Shown piece after piece: positions 24,726 to 25,770 of a stretch of DNA of 25,770 nucleotides (position 1 is the first letter of the stretch; the number at the start of each line of letters is the position of its first letter). The stretch is from the IMG/VR virus record IMGVR_UViG_3300025035_000094, positions 1 through 25,770 of that record; one strand, given 5' to 3'. Under the pieces are notes generated by a model, which saw nothing but the letters and a program-made list of their open reading frames with translations, had not been told where the DNA came from and searched no databases. This DNA is from a virus. Taxonomy: Duplodnaviria > Caudoviricetes. The translations under genes and the position numbers were made by a program.

Positions 24726-25168
24726 TGCTGGTCGTGGCTCCGGTCCAGGCGCGACTCGAAGCCCTCATCCCGGCGCTGGCCGATCGGATCGAGGGCGCCA
24801 TGGAGTTCGCCGAACTGCAACGCACGAAAGGGACGCCTCGGTATGACTCCGGGGCCTTCGTGATGCCCGCCGGGGTGCGCCCGACCAGCGGCGACACCGG
24901 CCTGACGGGGCTCTTTCACCAGCCGATCGACCGGGTCGTATCGGTGGTCCTGTACCTGAAAAGCTACAGCCAGACCGGGCACCACGAGGTCGCCGACCTG
25001 GAGCAGCTGGTGGAGGACGTGACCCTTGCCATCTGCGCCTGGTCGCCCGACGCGGCCGACGGCGCCCCGTTCCGGCTGGTCCGGTCGCAGCTGCTCGCCT
25101 TCTCGGCCGGGCTGGTGTCGTACCATCTCGATTTCGCCCTCTCGGACTATATCAGGATCCTGTCATGA
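24725..25168 (+). CDS. tail terminator/neck protein (gp37-like)
   Basis: TGATG coupling; position; 'AFVMP', 'AICAWSP', 'YHLDFAL'. Confidence 0.75.
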   Translation: MLVVAPVQARLEALIPALADRIEGAMEFAELQRTKGTPRYDSGAFVMPAGVRPTSGDTGLTGLFHQPIDRVVSVVLYLKSYSQTGHHEVADLEQLVEDVTLAICAWSPDAADGAPFRLVRSQLLAFSAGLVSYHLDFALSDYIRILS

Positions 25169-25359
25169 CCCATCAGCCCGCGCCGCCCGCATCGGGGGGG
25201 CGCTACACCGAAGACCCGAAAACCGGCCAGCGGACCAGGGTCGCTGCGTCAAGGCCCGAAGCCGCCGCCGCCCCGCCTGACGCGGTCGAGTCGATCCAGG
25301 CGCCCCCGCCCGCCGACGCGACCCAGCGCCCGGCCCGACCGAAAGGAGCCAAGTCATGA
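25165..25359 (+). CDS. small Pro/Ala-rich hypothetical protein (64 aa)
   Basis: ATGA overlaps at both ends; 'PASGGRYTEDPKTG'. Confidence 0.65.
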   Translation: MTHQPAPPASGGRYTEDPKTGQRTRVAASRPEAAAAPPDAVESIQAPPPADATQRPARPKGAKS

Positions 25360-25770
25360 CGCGGCTTGTCAGAAAGAGCATCGTGCAGTTCATGATGGAG
25401 GATGACGGGTATGGCACCGGCATCCCCGCCGGGTCGAGCTGGGGGCCAACGGACGCCATCCAGGTGGCGAACCCGTCGTTCCGGATCATCCGCAACACCG
25501 TGCCGCGCGACCTGGTGCGCGGGTATTTCGGCGCGTCCGAGGAACTGCCCGCCTATCGCCAGACCGAGATCAAGTTCGATGTCGAGCTGGCGCCCTCCGG
25601 CACCGCGGGAGTCGCGCCGAAATGGGGTCTGCTGCTGCGCGCCGCGGGCTTCGCCGAGACCGTGACGGTCGACACGAAGGTCGTCTACACGCCGATCACC
25701 GACGATCCCGAAAGCGGTGTCGTGCGCTATTGGCTGGACGGGGTCGGATACTACAGCCGGGGCGCGCGGG
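25356..25770 (+). CDS. tail tube protein, N-terminal part (truncated by window end)
   Basis: AAAGGAG then ATG 25356; MTRLVRKSIVQF...RDLVRGYFGASEEL...FDVELAPSGTAGVAPKWGLLLRAAGFAET...VVYTP; open to the end of the window. Confidence 0.8.
   Translation, partial: MTRLVRKSIVQFMMEDDGYGTGIPAGSSWGPTDAIQVANPSFRIIRNTVPRDLVRGYFGASEELPAYRQTEIKFDVELAPSGTAGVAPKWGLLLRAAGFAETVTVDTKVVYTPITDDPESGVVRYWLDGVGYYSRGAR

Larger units (their letters stand above)
1..25770 (+). mobile_element. Mu-like transposable prophage, internal part (both ends outside window), siphovirus-type tail
   Basis: MuA+MuB pair, GemA, Mor/C-like activator, Mu-type gp25-gp37 head/neck gene order; dense co-oriented genes with many ATGA/TGATG overlaps. 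Confidence 0.97.

Noticed and set aside
1-25770. CRISPR arrays, rRNA, Mu end (TG...CA) repeats, gam and mom genes
   Set aside because: None seen; phage ends lie outside the window, so absence of mom or the repressor here is uninformative

Overview
The whole window is the interior of a GC-rich Mu-like (transposable) prophage. Gene content suggests an alphaproteobacterial, probably Rhodobacteraceae, host (inference). The left end and repressor lie upstream of base 1, and the rest of the tail and the right end lie downstream. Order on the + strand: Ner/Cro-like regulator and small early genes, ParB-like protein, MuA DDE transposase, MuB AAA+ ATPase, semi-essential early genes (DUF3164, HU, GemA), an accessory island (reverse-strand lipoprotein; c4-like antisense RNA plus ORF6N antirepressor), MT-A70 methyltransferase, Mor/C-like late activator, lysis cassette, terS/terL, portal, MuF, gpG, protease/scaffold, decoration protein, major capsid, neck genes, and the start of a siphovirus-type tail tube. 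The most notable extras sit inside the head module: a probable Acb2/Tad1-like anti-defence nucleotide sponge coupled to the portal gene, a MuF with a PBECR-like RNase tail followed by a structured RNA instead of an immunity ORF, a GTA head-spike-base-like gene between terS and terL, and an adenine methylase moron with a structured leader. A 22/24-identical bipartite late-promoter motif occurs twice, at the positions of Mu Plys and PI. All family assignments come from motif recognition by eye; no database search was run.
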